IMG/VR virus record: IMGVR_UViG_3300037310_000564
Coordinates: 16,708 to 80,707 of that record
Reading direction: 5' to 3' (one strand)
Length of the DNA stretch: 64,000 nucleotides
Origin: a virus
Lineage: Duplodnaviria > Caudoviricetes
Shown here: positions 26,767 to 36,554 of the stretch, in pieces
How positions within the stretch are numbered: the stretch's first letter is position 1
Layout: every line of letters starts with the position of its first letter
Program-made: the position numbers and the translations under genes
The notes under the pieces: generated by a model
The model's database searches: none
The model's input: the letters and a program-made list of their open reading frames with translations, nothing else
Told to the model about the DNA's origin: nothing

Positions 26767-28638
26767 TTATTTGATAGGACAGGCCCCGCCCTCACAATCA
26801 TCAACAGAAGATGCCCCAGATAAAAACATAGCCTCAACATCCACTTCTTTCAGTTTGCTGCTTTTCTCCTCAAACACTTCTTTGGTAATAGCTTCCCATG
26901 GTGCCTGTTTGAACCCATGGTCATTATGACACAGAAAAGAAATGGTTTTTAGTTTGCTGTAATTATCTGCAAGCCATTGTTTTATAAAAGGAATTTCTTC
27001 TTTTCGATAATAAACCGTCACGGAAACGGCTTGGTCAGACCAACACTCTTGGGCCATAAGCAAGGTATCGAGCTGTTTTTGCAAAGTCCATCCCTCGTCT
27101 ACACAAGGAACAACATCTGGAACTTGTTCATAAAAATCAAATACTTGAGTATTGTGATTAAGAGATCCATCAAACTTAACCTCGGGTTCGCTATAATATC
27201 CGGCCGCCTTCAGGATCGGAACAAGGCGGTCGTTTGATGCCAACCTTACTCGCTGGATCATATACCGAGAATATCCACCATGGATACCAGCCGACCATAA
27301 ATGATCAAAAACCTTACTTAAGGTCCCGCTTGGCTTAATCACAGTAGTCCGAATGGATTCAGGTTGGTTAAGTTGCTTAGAATATTCGTAATTTTCCTTT
27401 TGAATGACTTTGTATACCCTATCAAGAACCTGTTTATTGAACAGGTCTGGTCTAGCCAGACATCCTGTTATGCCAACGCCCACTCTTTGATTTTTAGAAA
27501 TGATGGCATGGCAGTTCTCGTGATGGTAGTTTTCCAAGGCCACCCTTTTTGCATAACGGAAACCTAGTGTGGCCGCCAGCTCAAAATCCACGACCGAATT
27601 TAGATTTGGTAGGGAGATCTCAAAAAGATTGCAACTTTCTCCATCCTCTAAGGTTGCTTCGGCACATGGATTAACCCCAACAGCATCATCATTCTTTAGT
27701 TCACCCATCCTTCCATATTTTTGCATATTCTTTCGGTTACATAGTCCAATAGGCTCTCCATTTAAATAAGATTCCCAAAACAGGGGATGGAGATCTTCAA
27801 CGTTCTCAGCAACTACGCTCCAGTTGCCCATGGCTCTTTCTGTAGGAAGGGTTCCAAGATCCCACCTTTTACACTTCAGGTATTCTTTATCCCATGGATC
27901 TCCTAGGAGGAGGAGTGCTGATCTGCGTATGTTTCCTGAAACGATCAGCTCGCCGGTGCAGCAAATCAAGTCGGCGACATCAATGGGTCGTAAATGTTTT
28001 TTCCCCCTGGCTTGCAAAATTCTACACACCTTTTCAACAAAAAGATGCATGGCCATTGGCCCTGAAGATACGCCACCAAATCCTTTTATAGGCTCGCCGG
28101 CGCCCCGAATACATACCGTGCTATATGAGAAGCTTTTCCCTGTAATAAAGAAAGATTCCAAAATCTTCTTTGTGAGCTCACACCAACCCTCTCGGGAGTC
28201 AGGGACAATAAAGTCAGCGTCCTTGGTGTTCTTCAAAACAACATTAACACCAGGCTTCACTTTTTTAATTTTGGAAACAAAGCGGTGCTCCACCGATGCA
28301 CCAATCCCACCCCCAAGCATCAAAAGATCTTCAATTGTGACCAGCTTGAAAATATCATCCATAGAAAAATACCAACAATTACATAAGGCTGCTCCGCCCA
28401 AACGACTATGAGTTGTGGTGCCCGACATCCACAGACCGCGTCCAGCGGGCGTACCTTTACGTTTCATCATCAGGTCTGTAAGCAGTTCCCGCTCATTGAT
28501 AAAAATATGGTCTGGGTTGCTGGTATTTCCTGCCACGACCCTTTTAGTCATTTGCTCCCAGTTCTCAAAGTATCCATTGTCATTTCTTGAATACGTCCTT
28601 GCAAACACAAATTTGGCAAAATTAGACCACTGAGTCAT
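26767..28638 (-). CDS. nrdJ: Class II (B12-dependent) ribonucleotide reductase
   Basis: FVFARTYSR, PAGRGLW, LCNCW, GNIRRSA, VNPCAEATL, TTVIKPSGT, C-terminal CEGGACPIK. Confidence 0.93.
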   Translation of the reverse strand: MTQWSNFAKFVFARTYSRNDNGYFENWEQMTKRVVAGNTSNPDHIFINERELLTDLMMKRKGTPAGRGLWMSGTTTHSRLGGAALCNCWYFSMDDIFKLVTIEDLLMLGGGIGASVEHRFVSKIKKVKPGVNVVLKNTKDADFIVPDSREGWCELTKKILESFFITGKSFSYSTVCIRGAGEPIKGFGGVSSGPMAMHLFVEKVCRILQARGKKHLRPIDVADLICCTGELIVSGNIRRSALLLLGDPWDKEYLKCKRWDLGTLPTERAMGNWSVVAENVEDLHPLFWESYLNGEPIGLCNRKNMQKYGRMGELKNDDAVGVNPCAEATLEDGESCNLFEISLPNLNSVVDFELAATLGFRYAKRVALENYHHENCHAIISKNQRVGVGITGCLARPDLFNKQVLDRVYKVIQKENYEYSKQLNQPESIRTTVIKPSGTLSKVFDHLWSAGIHGGYSRYMIQRVRLASNDRLVPILKAAGYYSEPEVKFDGSLNHNTQVFDFYEQVPDVVPCVDEGWTLQKQLDTLLMAQECWSDQAVSVTVYYRKEEIPFIKQWLADNYSKLKTISFLCHNDHGFKQAPWEAITKEVFEEKSSKLKEVDVEAMFLSGASSVDDCEGGACPIK

Positions 28639-28678
28639 ACAACCCCTCAACTAAGTTTTTAATATTATTAAGAAATCT

Positions 28679-29008
28679 TTATTTATCTTGATTTGATACA
28701 GCCCAACCACGGTGCCCGCAGCCCAAACAATTAATCATCCTTTTGGACAACAAGACGAATGAATGGACATTATACACACCACAACCTGGACATGTCAACT
28801 TCTCTGCCTCATTGTCTTTTTTAGCAAAAAGACCGGCAGTCACACCATCCACATAAGCGGCATCCTCATCCACTTCCGCTTCATACATACTATTTTCAAA
28901 ACGCAACAACTGTTTTCGTAAGTGTGCGTTTTCTCTTTTTAATTTTGAATTTTGCTTTCGTAATTCGCGCATTTGTCGGGTTTCCATTTTTTGCTCAACG
29001 GTCTGCAA
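28679..29008 (-). CDS. Coiled-coil plus Zn-ribbon protein
   Basis: CPGCG...CLGCGH; TGATAAAAT motif at 29060-29068 upstream. Confidence 0.6.
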   Translation of the reverse strand: MQTVEQKMETRQMRELRKQNSKLKRENAHLRKQLLRFENSMYEAEVDEDAAYVDGVTAGLFAKKDNEAEKLTCPGCGVYNVHSFVLLSKRMINCLGCGHRGWAVSNQDK

Positions 29009-29132
29009 GGCGCAAACTCCATGGTAAGAGGGTGAAGGGATAAGACGCCATCACAAAATATTTTATCACTGTTTGGCGTACAATCATCACTCATAATCAT
29101 GGATAACACACTGTTTTAATTACAAAATTCAT

Positions 29133-29160
29133 AACTGGCTAATTAGCCGGTTTATTTTTT
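29133..29160. terminator. Hairpin/intrinsic terminator
   Basis: AACTGGCT-AATT-AGCCGGTT followed by a T-run. Confidence 0.55.
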
Positions 29161-29498
29161 TAAACTTTGGCGCCCCAGCGACGAAATACGGCTAAGCATT
29201 CAGAAACTGTGCCTGATCCTGAAAACCCCATAGATTTCGCCTCGGCCAAAATGCCAGGAAACCATCTTTCTTGGAACCCAGGAATGAACCTTCTGGCGGC
29301 ATCGTGGAGGTCCAACACCTGCTCAGGGACAGGATCGGGAACGACAGCCGGTTGTGGTTGCGGCGCCACATCCGCGACTGGCTCTTCAGACTCAAAAATG
29401 TCCCATGCATCAGAGCTAATCTCATCACCCAGCGGCAGCGTATCCTCTATAGCCGAAGCTGACGTTTTTATTTCTCTTGGTTCTTTCTTTTTAGCCAT
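29160..29498 (-). CDS. Hypothetical protein
   Basis: Acidic/Pro-rich N-terminus and small helical C-terminus; in gene run. Confidence 0.55.
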   Translation of the reverse strand: MAKKKEPREIKTSASAIEDTLPLGDEISSDAWDIFESEEPVADVAPQPQPAVVPDPVPEQVLDLHDAARRFIPGFQERWFPGILAEAKSMGFSGSGTVSECLAVFRRWGAKV

Positions 29499-29671
29499 TT
29501 GTACCACCCTAATGAAACAATATTTGATGATTCTTCAGTGTCAACATCCTCATCACGATCAATGTCATAATAAGGAATTAACTCCACTAGACCCTCTTCA
29601 TCCTCACCCAAAACATACTCCGGGAAAACCTCTAAAGCAAAGTATTTCTTTTTTTTGCTATAAAAATCCAT
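29468..29671 (-). CDS. Small acidic hypothetical protein
   Basis: 67 aa in gene run. Confidence 0.5.
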   Translation of the reverse strand: MDFYSKKKKYFALEVFPEYVLGEDEEGLVELIPYYDIDRDEDVDTEESSNIVSLGWYKWLKRKNQEK

Positions 29672-29674
29672 ACA

Positions 29675-30571
29675 TTAGCCAAGAGGAACATCGGATTTAC
29701 CAGGAGATGTGGCAATCCACTCAATTGTCATTCTGCTAGTACGATCCGTTGCGTTTCTTTCTCCCTCAATCCAAGCATCGACGAACAAACCACTGATACT
29801 GATCATTGACTCAAACCGCATTAGGTCAGTGTCCACTAACTGACAAGCAGAATAAGAAAAAGTTGGATTATACAATCCATAACTAATTAATTGCATTCGT
29901 GATCTTTTTAAAATATACCTAGTCATGACTGAATATAAACGATGCACTGAAGGATCGCCGTGGGTAAGCAAAGAGAGGGACACCTGAACATCATCCATTG
30001 ACTGCCCAACATCACCGACCACACCTGACACATCACTAAAAGTGCTCCATCCCCTAAGATCAGTTCCTTCTGGCACAACATCCCTTAAACATATCATGTA
30101 GTTAGAGGTTGTTTTGACCAGCCCAACAATCACGGATGAAAATTGATGATTTCCAATAAACTGCCCAATCCACACGGTTTTTTCTAAATTATAGGACAAG
30201 GGCACAATCAGGCCATCTCTTTCAGCCGTAAATCCCTGGGCCGTAAATGAGGAATACGTGGTGGCGCTGCCCTGCAACTCAGCTATTTCTTGGGAATACC
30301 CAACATCCCCAATGAACTGTTCTTTCTCCCTGCCTTGGGCCTGTACGGCCAAAGAAATTTGATCCTCAGCCTTTAGCTCATGATAAGGGCCAATGTAAAT
30401 CCTATTATTCTTAATAAATTCAACACTTTCTTTAAAAATATGCTCAGAAACCATCAGCGGGCATGACTGATACCCACCTAAAGCAAATCGAATATGGTGT
30501 GGATTTTTGGAAACAAAATCAAAACCATCCCTAAGTGTCTGAATTACAATTAAATCAACAATACCAATCAT
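29675..30571 (-). CDS. Tail terminator/neck-like virion protein
   Basis: Follows neck genes; SLLTHGDP...LYSVMTRYIL pattern; positional inference. Confidence 0.45.
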   Translation of the reverse strand: MIGIVDLIVIQTLRDGFDFVSKNPHHIRFALGGYQSCPLMVSEHIFKESVEFIKNNRIYIGPYHELKAEDQISLAVQAQGREKEQFIGDVGYSQEIAELQGSATTYSSFTAQGFTAERDGLIVPLSYNLEKTVWIGQFIGNHQFSSVIVGLVKTTSNYMICLRDVVPEGTDLRGWSTFSDVSGVVGDVGQSMDDVQVSLSLLTHGDPSVHRLYSVMTRYILKRSRMQLISYGLYNPTFSYSACQLVDTDLMRFESMISISGLFVDAWIEGERNATDRTSRMTIEWIATSPGKSDVPLG

Positions 30572-31320
30572 AAATCCCCCAACTTGTCCACTTCAGCCTT
30601 AATATAAGAATCCAGCAAGGTGTCCATGTTTTGTTCTAGCCACCTATCAACCGTTCTCATTATTCTCTTTTCTTCAATTCCGGGATGTTCCCATTTGGAA
30701 ACAGAAAGCGGATTTTCAGACATGGTCCTGAACATCATATACTGCCATGGCTTGTTCTTTTTGGTGGCCATTTCTTGAGCAGAATCAAAAACCCTAACCC
30801 TATGCAGTCCTTGCAAAAATGGATCTCCATGGATAACTTGCTGAGATTCCACCAACTTACCAGACACCCTAGACTTAAGTTGTCGTATTCCAAACTTAGG
30901 GGCAGCCAGAACCTCATTAATTCGTTTTTGGTAAAAAGCGCCCTTGTCAGTTCCCTTATGATCAGGATTACCAACCTTCGCAGACAAAGGGATGGCCATA
31001 TACCGATATCCCTGCTTAGATATTTTTGCCTTGGGGGACTTTAAATGGCCTTGCTTTAAACTAAACCCGGAGACACCCTTCTCAAGGGCATTGGCTAGCC
31101 AATCATCCTTATCAATATCCACAACTAGAACATAATCATCCAACTTAACAGACACTTTTGACATATAATGGTCTTTAGTATCGTGTAATACTTTGGCAGC
31201 CTCTCGGTCTATTTGCTGACGAGTCAATATAGGCAATACCTGAATAAAGTTGTGAACACCGGTCTTAACGGCATCCACATACTCTACCATAAAATCAATT
31301 GTGTCTTTTAAGTCCTTCAT
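30568..31320 (-). CDS. Neck/tail completion-like virion protein
   Basis: ANALEKGVSGFSLK...YMAIPL...FRTMSE...WEHPG resembles recalled myovirus neck proteins. Confidence 0.5.
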   Translation of the reverse strand: MKDLKDTIDFMVEYVDAVKTGVHNFIQVLPILTRQQIDREAAKVLHDTKDHYMSKVSVKLDDYVLVVDIDKDDWLANALEKGVSGFSLKQGHLKSPKAKISKQGYRYMAIPLSAKVGNPDHKGTDKGAFYQKRINEVLAAPKFGIRQLKSRVSGKLVESQQVIHGDPFLQGLHRVRVFDSAQEMATKKNKPWQYMMFRTMSENPLSVSKWEHPGIEEKRIMRTVDRWLEQNMDTLLDSYIKAEVDKLGDL

Positions 31321-31321
31321 T

Positions 31322-32206
31322 TTACTCTTCTATTTGAAACTCAGGCAATTCAGGCTCACCAATTACGCCCCCAGCCATTTGCATCTCTTCACGCACAATT
31401 TCCCTAACACGAGCCTCAATCTTTTTATCCAAAGAACGATCAAGGCAAGCTGACCAAATCTTTTTAAAAACATCCTCACCAGGAGTAATCATCTCGTCAT
31501 CAGAAATGTCCAACTCATGGTGACTTAAGCCAGACGCTTTAAGCAATGAGGTCATAAAAGTTAAGGCATCTTCAGATTTCACAAGAGGTTCTGCCGTCTC
31601 TTGATCAGACATCCCCTCAAGCTGCTTGGAATATTCATGAGCATGACTAGAAAGCTCCCACAATCTTTTGCAAGTATCTGACATTAAACCGTTTTTATCC
31701 AAAAGCCTAAAATCACGATCTGAAACCTGACCATGTAAAATTGCATGCACTAAATCTTTGTCATGTACTTCAAGAGGCCTACTAGGTAGGCTGTCTAACC
31801 ATAATGGTTTACCATCAAGAGTAGTCTTATTGTGGCAGTCATAGCAACGACCATCCTTGCCTTCATAAAAAAGAATTTTGGAAGGATCTGGCTTACCACC
31901 CTCACCTATTCCGTAATAGGCCTTAGTATGAATCAAATCTGGCTCGGCATTATCATCCTCAATCTCAGACTCTTCCGGCACAGAAGGTGGGACAGAATCA
32001 ACACCAGACCCATTGGATGGGGCATTTTCAACCGCATTACCTTCCTCAACATCCCCATCCCCCAAATCAACTTCCCCATTCAAAAACTTCATCAAATCCT
32101 CTAAGGAAGGTGTTCGGCCAAGCTTATGGGTAGCTACCGTCACATAAGAGCTAAGCACCTTCTGAAGCTCTTTTTGTTGGTCTTTGTTCTGAATCTTAAT
32201 AGTCAT
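31322..32206 (-). CDS. Acidic putative head-internal protein
   Basis: Acidic; LVKS motif; in virion cluster. Confidence 0.45.
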   Translation of the reverse strand: MTIKIQNKDQQKELQKVLSSYVTVATHKLGRTPSLEDLMKFLNGEVDLGDGDVEEGNAVENAPSNGSGVDSVPPSVPEESEIEDDNAEPDLIHTKAYYGIGEGGKPDPSKILFYEGKDGRCYDCHNKTTLDGKPLWLDSLPSRPLEVHDKDLVHAILHGQVSDRDFRLLDKNGLMSDTCKRLWELSSHAHEYSKQLEGMSDQETAEPLVKSEDALTFMTSLLKASGLSHHELDISDDEMITPGEDVFKKIWSACLDRSLDKKIEARVREIVREEMQMAGGVIGEPELPEFQIEE

Positions 32207-32243
32207 ACATAAATCCCTAATTTAACTAAACTAATTCTAAAAA

Positions 32244-33092
32244 TTAAGTTCCACCCGTTGAATTGTTTGAGTCAGGATATTCGGAATAGTCCGGCAAAGC
32301 CAACCAATCCAACAAATCCGCCTCCTCACTTATATTTGATGGCTTAGCCACAAACTGCTGCGACACATAAGTAGCATCCCTGGGAGATCCACCATGACCA
32401 ATCTCATTACTTGGAACCATCCTTAAGGAGTGTAGCATGTTTTGCACCACATAAATCGGTGTATGCCAATAAACAATACTTAAAATGGGTGGTTTTCCTA
32501 ATTCTATTACTGGTTTACGTCCATTATCACGCCACTGTACCATGCCATTATCAACATCAAAATCAAACCCTTGCTGAAAAGAAGTAACTCCATCTGTCAA
32601 ATAGTCCACTCCCAAACATCGATACTTAAGTTTTAAAACCCCCGTAACATGATAGGGAACTTTCTCTTTCATTTTATCAGTCAAAGTAGGTATAACTATC
32701 AGATCTCTATGAGAAATATGAACTTGTTCCTTATCACCATCAAAATAATGACCAGTTACATTCATTAATACACTGCCAATTCCCCAAATGCCCTGAGCAT
32801 TAAGGCGATCTTCAATCTTAAACTGCTGAGGTATAACACCAAGCTTACGGGCAGAGTAGTAGATTAATCCTCTCTTTGCTCCCTGAGTATTAGGATCAAC
32901 AGGCATACCCATGTAATCTTGTTCAGGAAAATAGGCTCCTGAATAATGAATGGCATCAAAAGACTTGGTCTCTAAAAGGTTATTTATACCAGAAATATTA
33001 AAACTAGCCACTGGGGCTTTACCTGGAATAGGCCCTAACCCAATAAGTCCTGTTTTGCTGTTCCTGTCCTTTAGAGGTGGTCTATTTGTCAT
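32244..33092 (-). CDS. Head closure/neck-like virion protein
   Basis: FQQGFDFDVDNGMVQW...SIVYWHTPIYVVQNMLHSLR; first gene of the leftward operon. Confidence 0.5.
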   Translation of the reverse strand: MTNRPPLKDRNSKTGLIGLGPIPGKAPVASFNISGINNLLETKSFDAIHYSGAYFPEQDYMGMPVDPNTQGAKRGLIYYSARKLGVIPQQFKIEDRLNAQGIWGIGSVLMNVTGHYFDGDKEQVHISHRDLIVIPTLTDKMKEKVPYHVTGVLKLKYRCLGVDYLTDGVTSFQQGFDFDVDNGMVQWRDNGRKPVIELGKPPILSIVYWHTPIYVVQNMLHSLRMVPSNEIGHGGSPRDATYVSQQFVAKPSNISEEADLLDWLALPDYSEYPDSNNSTGGT

Positions 33093-33170
33093 TTAACTAA
33101 ACTCTCTTAGGTTTCTTCCCAATCACTTTCAAATTTTATCTTAATACTCTCTATCAGCACAACTCACATC

Positions 33171-33548
33171 TCACATCTTATTCCTATCTATATTCTCCTA
33201 ATGGCGATAATTTATAATGACCTGATGATAGTCCGAGAAAATCATTGATAAAAAAGTATCCCCTAAAGGTTTTTTTAAAAATATCCGATAAGAGTATTAG
33301 CTTTCTTGTTGTACTCCTGAAAGGGGCAGAGAAAGCACTTTCGCCTGGTCTTCCGAGGTTGGATCACCTAATTCATTTTGGGTGGTCCTTTTTTTATTCC
33401 TCTCAAGTCTATCGCCTTGGCACTCTGTTAAGGTCCATGGTGCCTATGGTAACATTGCCTCACCTTCACATCTTATTCCTATCTATATTCTCCTAATGGC
33501 GATAATTTATAATGACCTGATGATAGTCCGAGAGAATCATTGCTAAAA
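33171..33548. repeat. 83-bp direct repeat, two copies (33171-33253 and 33466-33548); candidate replication origin
   Basis: TCACATCTTATTCCTATCTATATTCTCCTAATGGCGATAATTTATAATGACCTGATGATAGTCCGAGA(A/G)AATCATTG(A/C)TAAAA; 2 mismatches; period 295 bp. Confidence 0.95.
33264..33291 (+). promoter_or_regulatory. sigma28/FliA-type promoter
   Basis: TAAAGGTT-N12-TCCGATAA immediately after the first repeat copy. Confidence 0.6.
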
Positions 33549-33684
33549 TGTTGTTCAGGACTGGCATAAGCCACTTTTTGGGTTATGATCTAGTAATCTA
33601 ACTATATACAAACCCTCACCAATATGGCAAAATACAGTCTGGGAAATTTGTTTTTGTCTTTTGTTGTTTCTGCCAAGGATATTG

Positions 33685-35793
33685 ATGTTTTACGTTAAAC
33701 CTAAAAGAAAAAAACGACATGAAAAAGGTCTAGAGAAGTTAGTCCAACAGAAGAGTTTGCCTGAAGACTTCCCCCTTAAAGAGATTTGGGAATCAGAGGT
33801 TAGTAGTGGTGATAATACTTATGGCACCCCTTATCTGTTTAAGCCAATATCTTTAGTTCAGCCACAAAAAGACCCTAAAACAGCAAAACCATTGTCAGAA
33901 TTAGGATTTGAGTATACTTGTGTACGCAAATATACCACTACTTCTGGTAGGGTATACAGCACCCATTACTATAGAAAAGTCAAAAAGAGATCTGCCAAAG
34001 AAATAGAAGCTGACCAAAACAACAAGAGCCCTACTAGGTTAGTAAAGCCTAGATGGCATCAGGTACCCGCTCATCCCAATAGTGTCTTTCTGCCTATAGA
34101 TAGTAGCAAGATTTATCAAGCCATGGCTAAGACTAACTTTTTTCTTAAGCATTATCAAGACATGAGATTTACCATCAGCTCACGCAGAGATGCTTGTATT
34201 GATGGCAATACTGGACCGAGATGGTCCAATGTTTCTGTACAGACCTTCCAAAAAGCAGTAGTAAACGTCCCGGACTTACAGGCCTGGGCCTTTTTTACCA
34301 AATGGGCAATTAAGGTTCCTGAAGCCAAGGATAGTGCAGAAGAGTTGTATGACTCTTTCACGGGATACCACAATGACTATCCAACCATGGTTCCTAATAA
34401 CCATGAGTATTATGTTGTTGATATTGATGATCACCCAACATACAAACAACCAACCGATATTGTTGAAGATTTTGAAAATAGAAGTGTGCCAATGCCAATT
34501 ATCATTGCGCAGACTGGTCCATGTAATTTCCATCTATTGTTTTGGTTCCCTAAAAGGGAAGGTGTTCTTGGTACCCATCAGAATAGAGTGTTCTTTTGTT
34601 CCAAAATAGCTGGAATGGTTAAGTTTCCTAAGACCGACAAGGAAGCTGAACAGGAGTTAATTAAAAGGGGCATTGATTACAGGCACTTAAGTAATGGGTA
34701 CTTTCAGCCTAAAATTAGAATGGCTGGAATTACCAAAAGAAAAGAAAATAAAGATCCTTATTTGGTTCATTGGTTTTTTACAGGATCTTTAAATAAAAAC
34801 AATCACTTAGGGGAAGAAGTTTATTTAGGGTGGGATAGTTTCTATCATAATTTGGATAATATGGTTCTTAATCCTGCCAGGCCAGCCAAACTCCTTTATC
34901 CTAGGGCCAATATCGATAATCCAGACTTAACCCCTGATGAAAGGGATCGATTAGCAGCAAAAGTTGCACAACGCCACTTAGACAATATTCATATGCTTAT
35001 GGAAGAGGCTAAAACAGCAGATGCTGAAAGGTATGAAGAAATTGTCCAACATATTGAAAATTCACAAACAATCATCAAAGAACGCATTGAACAAGAAATA
35101 GAGGCTAAGGCAAAAAAACAAAGGCAAAAGCGCACTCTACAAAAGGAAAAAAAAGAAAACAAATGGAAGACTTATATTGGACCAATAGCCAAGTCCATAA
35201 GAAACGCTGGTCTTTTTCAAACCAAAAACGCTCACATTATTGCCTCACACCTTACCCAACATTTGGGCTTCCTATTTAGGAAAAATTGCTTTTTACATCA
35301 AAGCTTTATGGCGAAAGAGACGGGACTTGAGCAGCCATATTGCTCACTTGCTCTCAAGAAATTAGTTCAAAGCGGATATTTGGTTGTTATTAAAGAGACT
35401 AAGATAGTTATAGATAGTGCTGGCTTGTGTAGAAAGACACCTAAGGTTTATGGAATTGGTCCACGACTGCAAAAAGTAATTGATCAGGTAGATGAGAGGC
35501 TTTCCAAAGAAAAGCCAAAAGAGTTTGTTAAAAAACAAAAAGAAAATTACGATGTTGAGGCTCCATACCAAGACGGGAAGGCCAACGAACACATCATGGC
35601 CGATGCTCGTCACTTTATTAAACATCTGGAGATGTCTCCATTGGAGGCGGCAACCAAGATAATTAAAAAGCAGGAAGTGCGACCACGACATAAGCGACGG
35701 TCTTATAGAGAAATCATGAGAATGTGTGAGAAATACCTCTTTTTTCTTAAGGAGTATCGCAAAGATAGGCCATTTCTTTGCCCCTCAGGATAG
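33685..35793 (+). CDS. AEP-superfamily primase-like protein with C-terminal winged HTH (Rep-like)
   Basis: YYVVDIDD (motif I hhhDhD), QTGPCNFHLLF (motif II His), coiled coil, then SFMAKETGLEQPYCSLALKKLVQSGYL wHTH. Confidence 0.6.
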   Translation: MFYVKPKRKKRHEKGLEKLVQQKSLPEDFPLKEIWESEVSSGDNTYGTPYLFKPISLVQPQKDPKTAKPLSELGFEYTCVRKYTTTSGRVYSTHYYRKVKKRSAKEIEADQNNKSPTRLVKPRWHQVPAHPNSVFLPIDSSKIYQAMAKTNFFLKHYQDMRFTISSRRDACIDGNTGPRWSNVSVQTFQKAVVNVPDLQAWAFFTKWAIKVPEAKDSAEELYDSFTGYHNDYPTMVPNNHEYYVVDIDDHPTYKQPTDIVEDFENRSVPMPIIIAQTGPCNFHLLFWFPKREGVLGTHQNRVFFCSKIAGMVKFPKTDKEAEQELIKRGIDYRHLSNGYFQPKIRMAGITKRKENKDPYLVHWFFTGSLNKNNHLGEEVYLGWDSFYHNLDNMVLNPARPAKLLYPRANIDNPDLTPDERDRLAAKVAQRHLDNIHMLMEEAKTADAERYEEIVQHIENSQTIIKERIEQEIEAKAKKQRQKRTLQKEKKENKWKTYIGPIAKSIRNAGLFQTKNAHIIASHLTQHLGFLFRKNCFLHQSFMAKETGLEQPYCSLALKKLVQSGYLVVIKETKIVIDSAGLCRKTPKVYGIGPRLQKVIDQVDERLSKEKPKEFVKKQKENYDVEAPYQDGKANEHIMADARHFIKHLEMSPLEAATKIIKKQEVRPRHKRRSYREIMRMCEKYLFFLKEYRKDRPFLCPSG

Positions 35794-35802
35794 TATCCCT
35801 TA

Positions 35803-35831
35803 TTGACATTCCCCAAAAAAACAGATAGAGT
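35803..35831 (+). promoter_or_regulatory. sigma70-like promoter
   Basis: TTGACA-N17-TAGAGT. Confidence 0.7.
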
Positions 35832-35894
35832 TTTAAAAGTTCCCCATTCAGGGGTAAACACTTAATTCTTTTACTCTTTTCCAAAGAGATTGCC

Positions 35895-36554
35895 ATGTTA
35901 TCATCCAAAGACGGTCTAATCCATGTAGACCAGACCAATGATTTGTCTAAGATTGTTTTTCCTCAAGCGGCCTGGTCTGTAATCAACATTCCCACCGATG
36001 AAGCAGAGGCGCGCGACTTACAAGAACGCCTGTACAATTCTTTTTCCTCTAGGCACTTAGTGCTTGGCCTGTTTAGGCACAAAAAGAATGAAAAGCCAGC
36101 AGCTCTTCGCAACATTAAGAGCCTGTTTCATATCTACGATTACATCACCCTGTCATATGAAAAGGCAACAGGAAGTAGTAATGGCTTATTGTCCCTGTCT
36201 GAATGGGCCGTTATCCTTTATAAGGGACAGTCTCCTGATGGGGAAAAGACGCAATGGTTTGCCGAGGCTGGCCACAGGGCAGCTGCGAACATATGGGCAT
36301 TGGGACAGCAAGAGCATGAGCCATTTGCGCCAACTTACCAACGGTTTTCTTGGGAAGCAAATTTAATGATGCTCTCTCTTGCCAAACCTCTAGAAACCGT
36401 TAAGTTTATTTATGCCACAGGGTGGCAACAGTCAGAATTACCAAGCATCTTTGGTTTTTGTCAGGCACACAATGTAAGTGTGCAATTATACACAAAAACT
36501 ATCGAAGAGGCTAAAAAAGTCATTACGTTGTATGAGGGCAAACAGAATGGATAA
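35895..36554 (+). CDS. Hypothetical protein, possibly a degenerate N4/N6 DNA methyltransferase fold
   Basis: Motif order resembles beta-class MTases but lacks DPPY and FxGxG. Confidence 0.4.
   Translation: MLSSKDGLIHVDQTNDLSKIVFPQAAWSVINIPTDEAEARDLQERLYNSFSSRHLVLGLFRHKKNEKPAALRNIKSLFHIYDYITLSYEKATGSSNGLLSLSEWAVILYKGQSPDGEKTQWFAEAGHRAAANIWALGQQEHEPFAPTYQRFSWEANLMMLSLAKPLETVKFIYATGWQQSELPSIFGFCQAHNVSVQLYTKTIEEAKKVITLYEGKQNG

Noticed and set aside
33245-33496. 83-aa ORF between the direct repeats
   Set aside because: No RBS or recognisable motif, overlaps the promoter and repeat; probably non-coding, though not excluded
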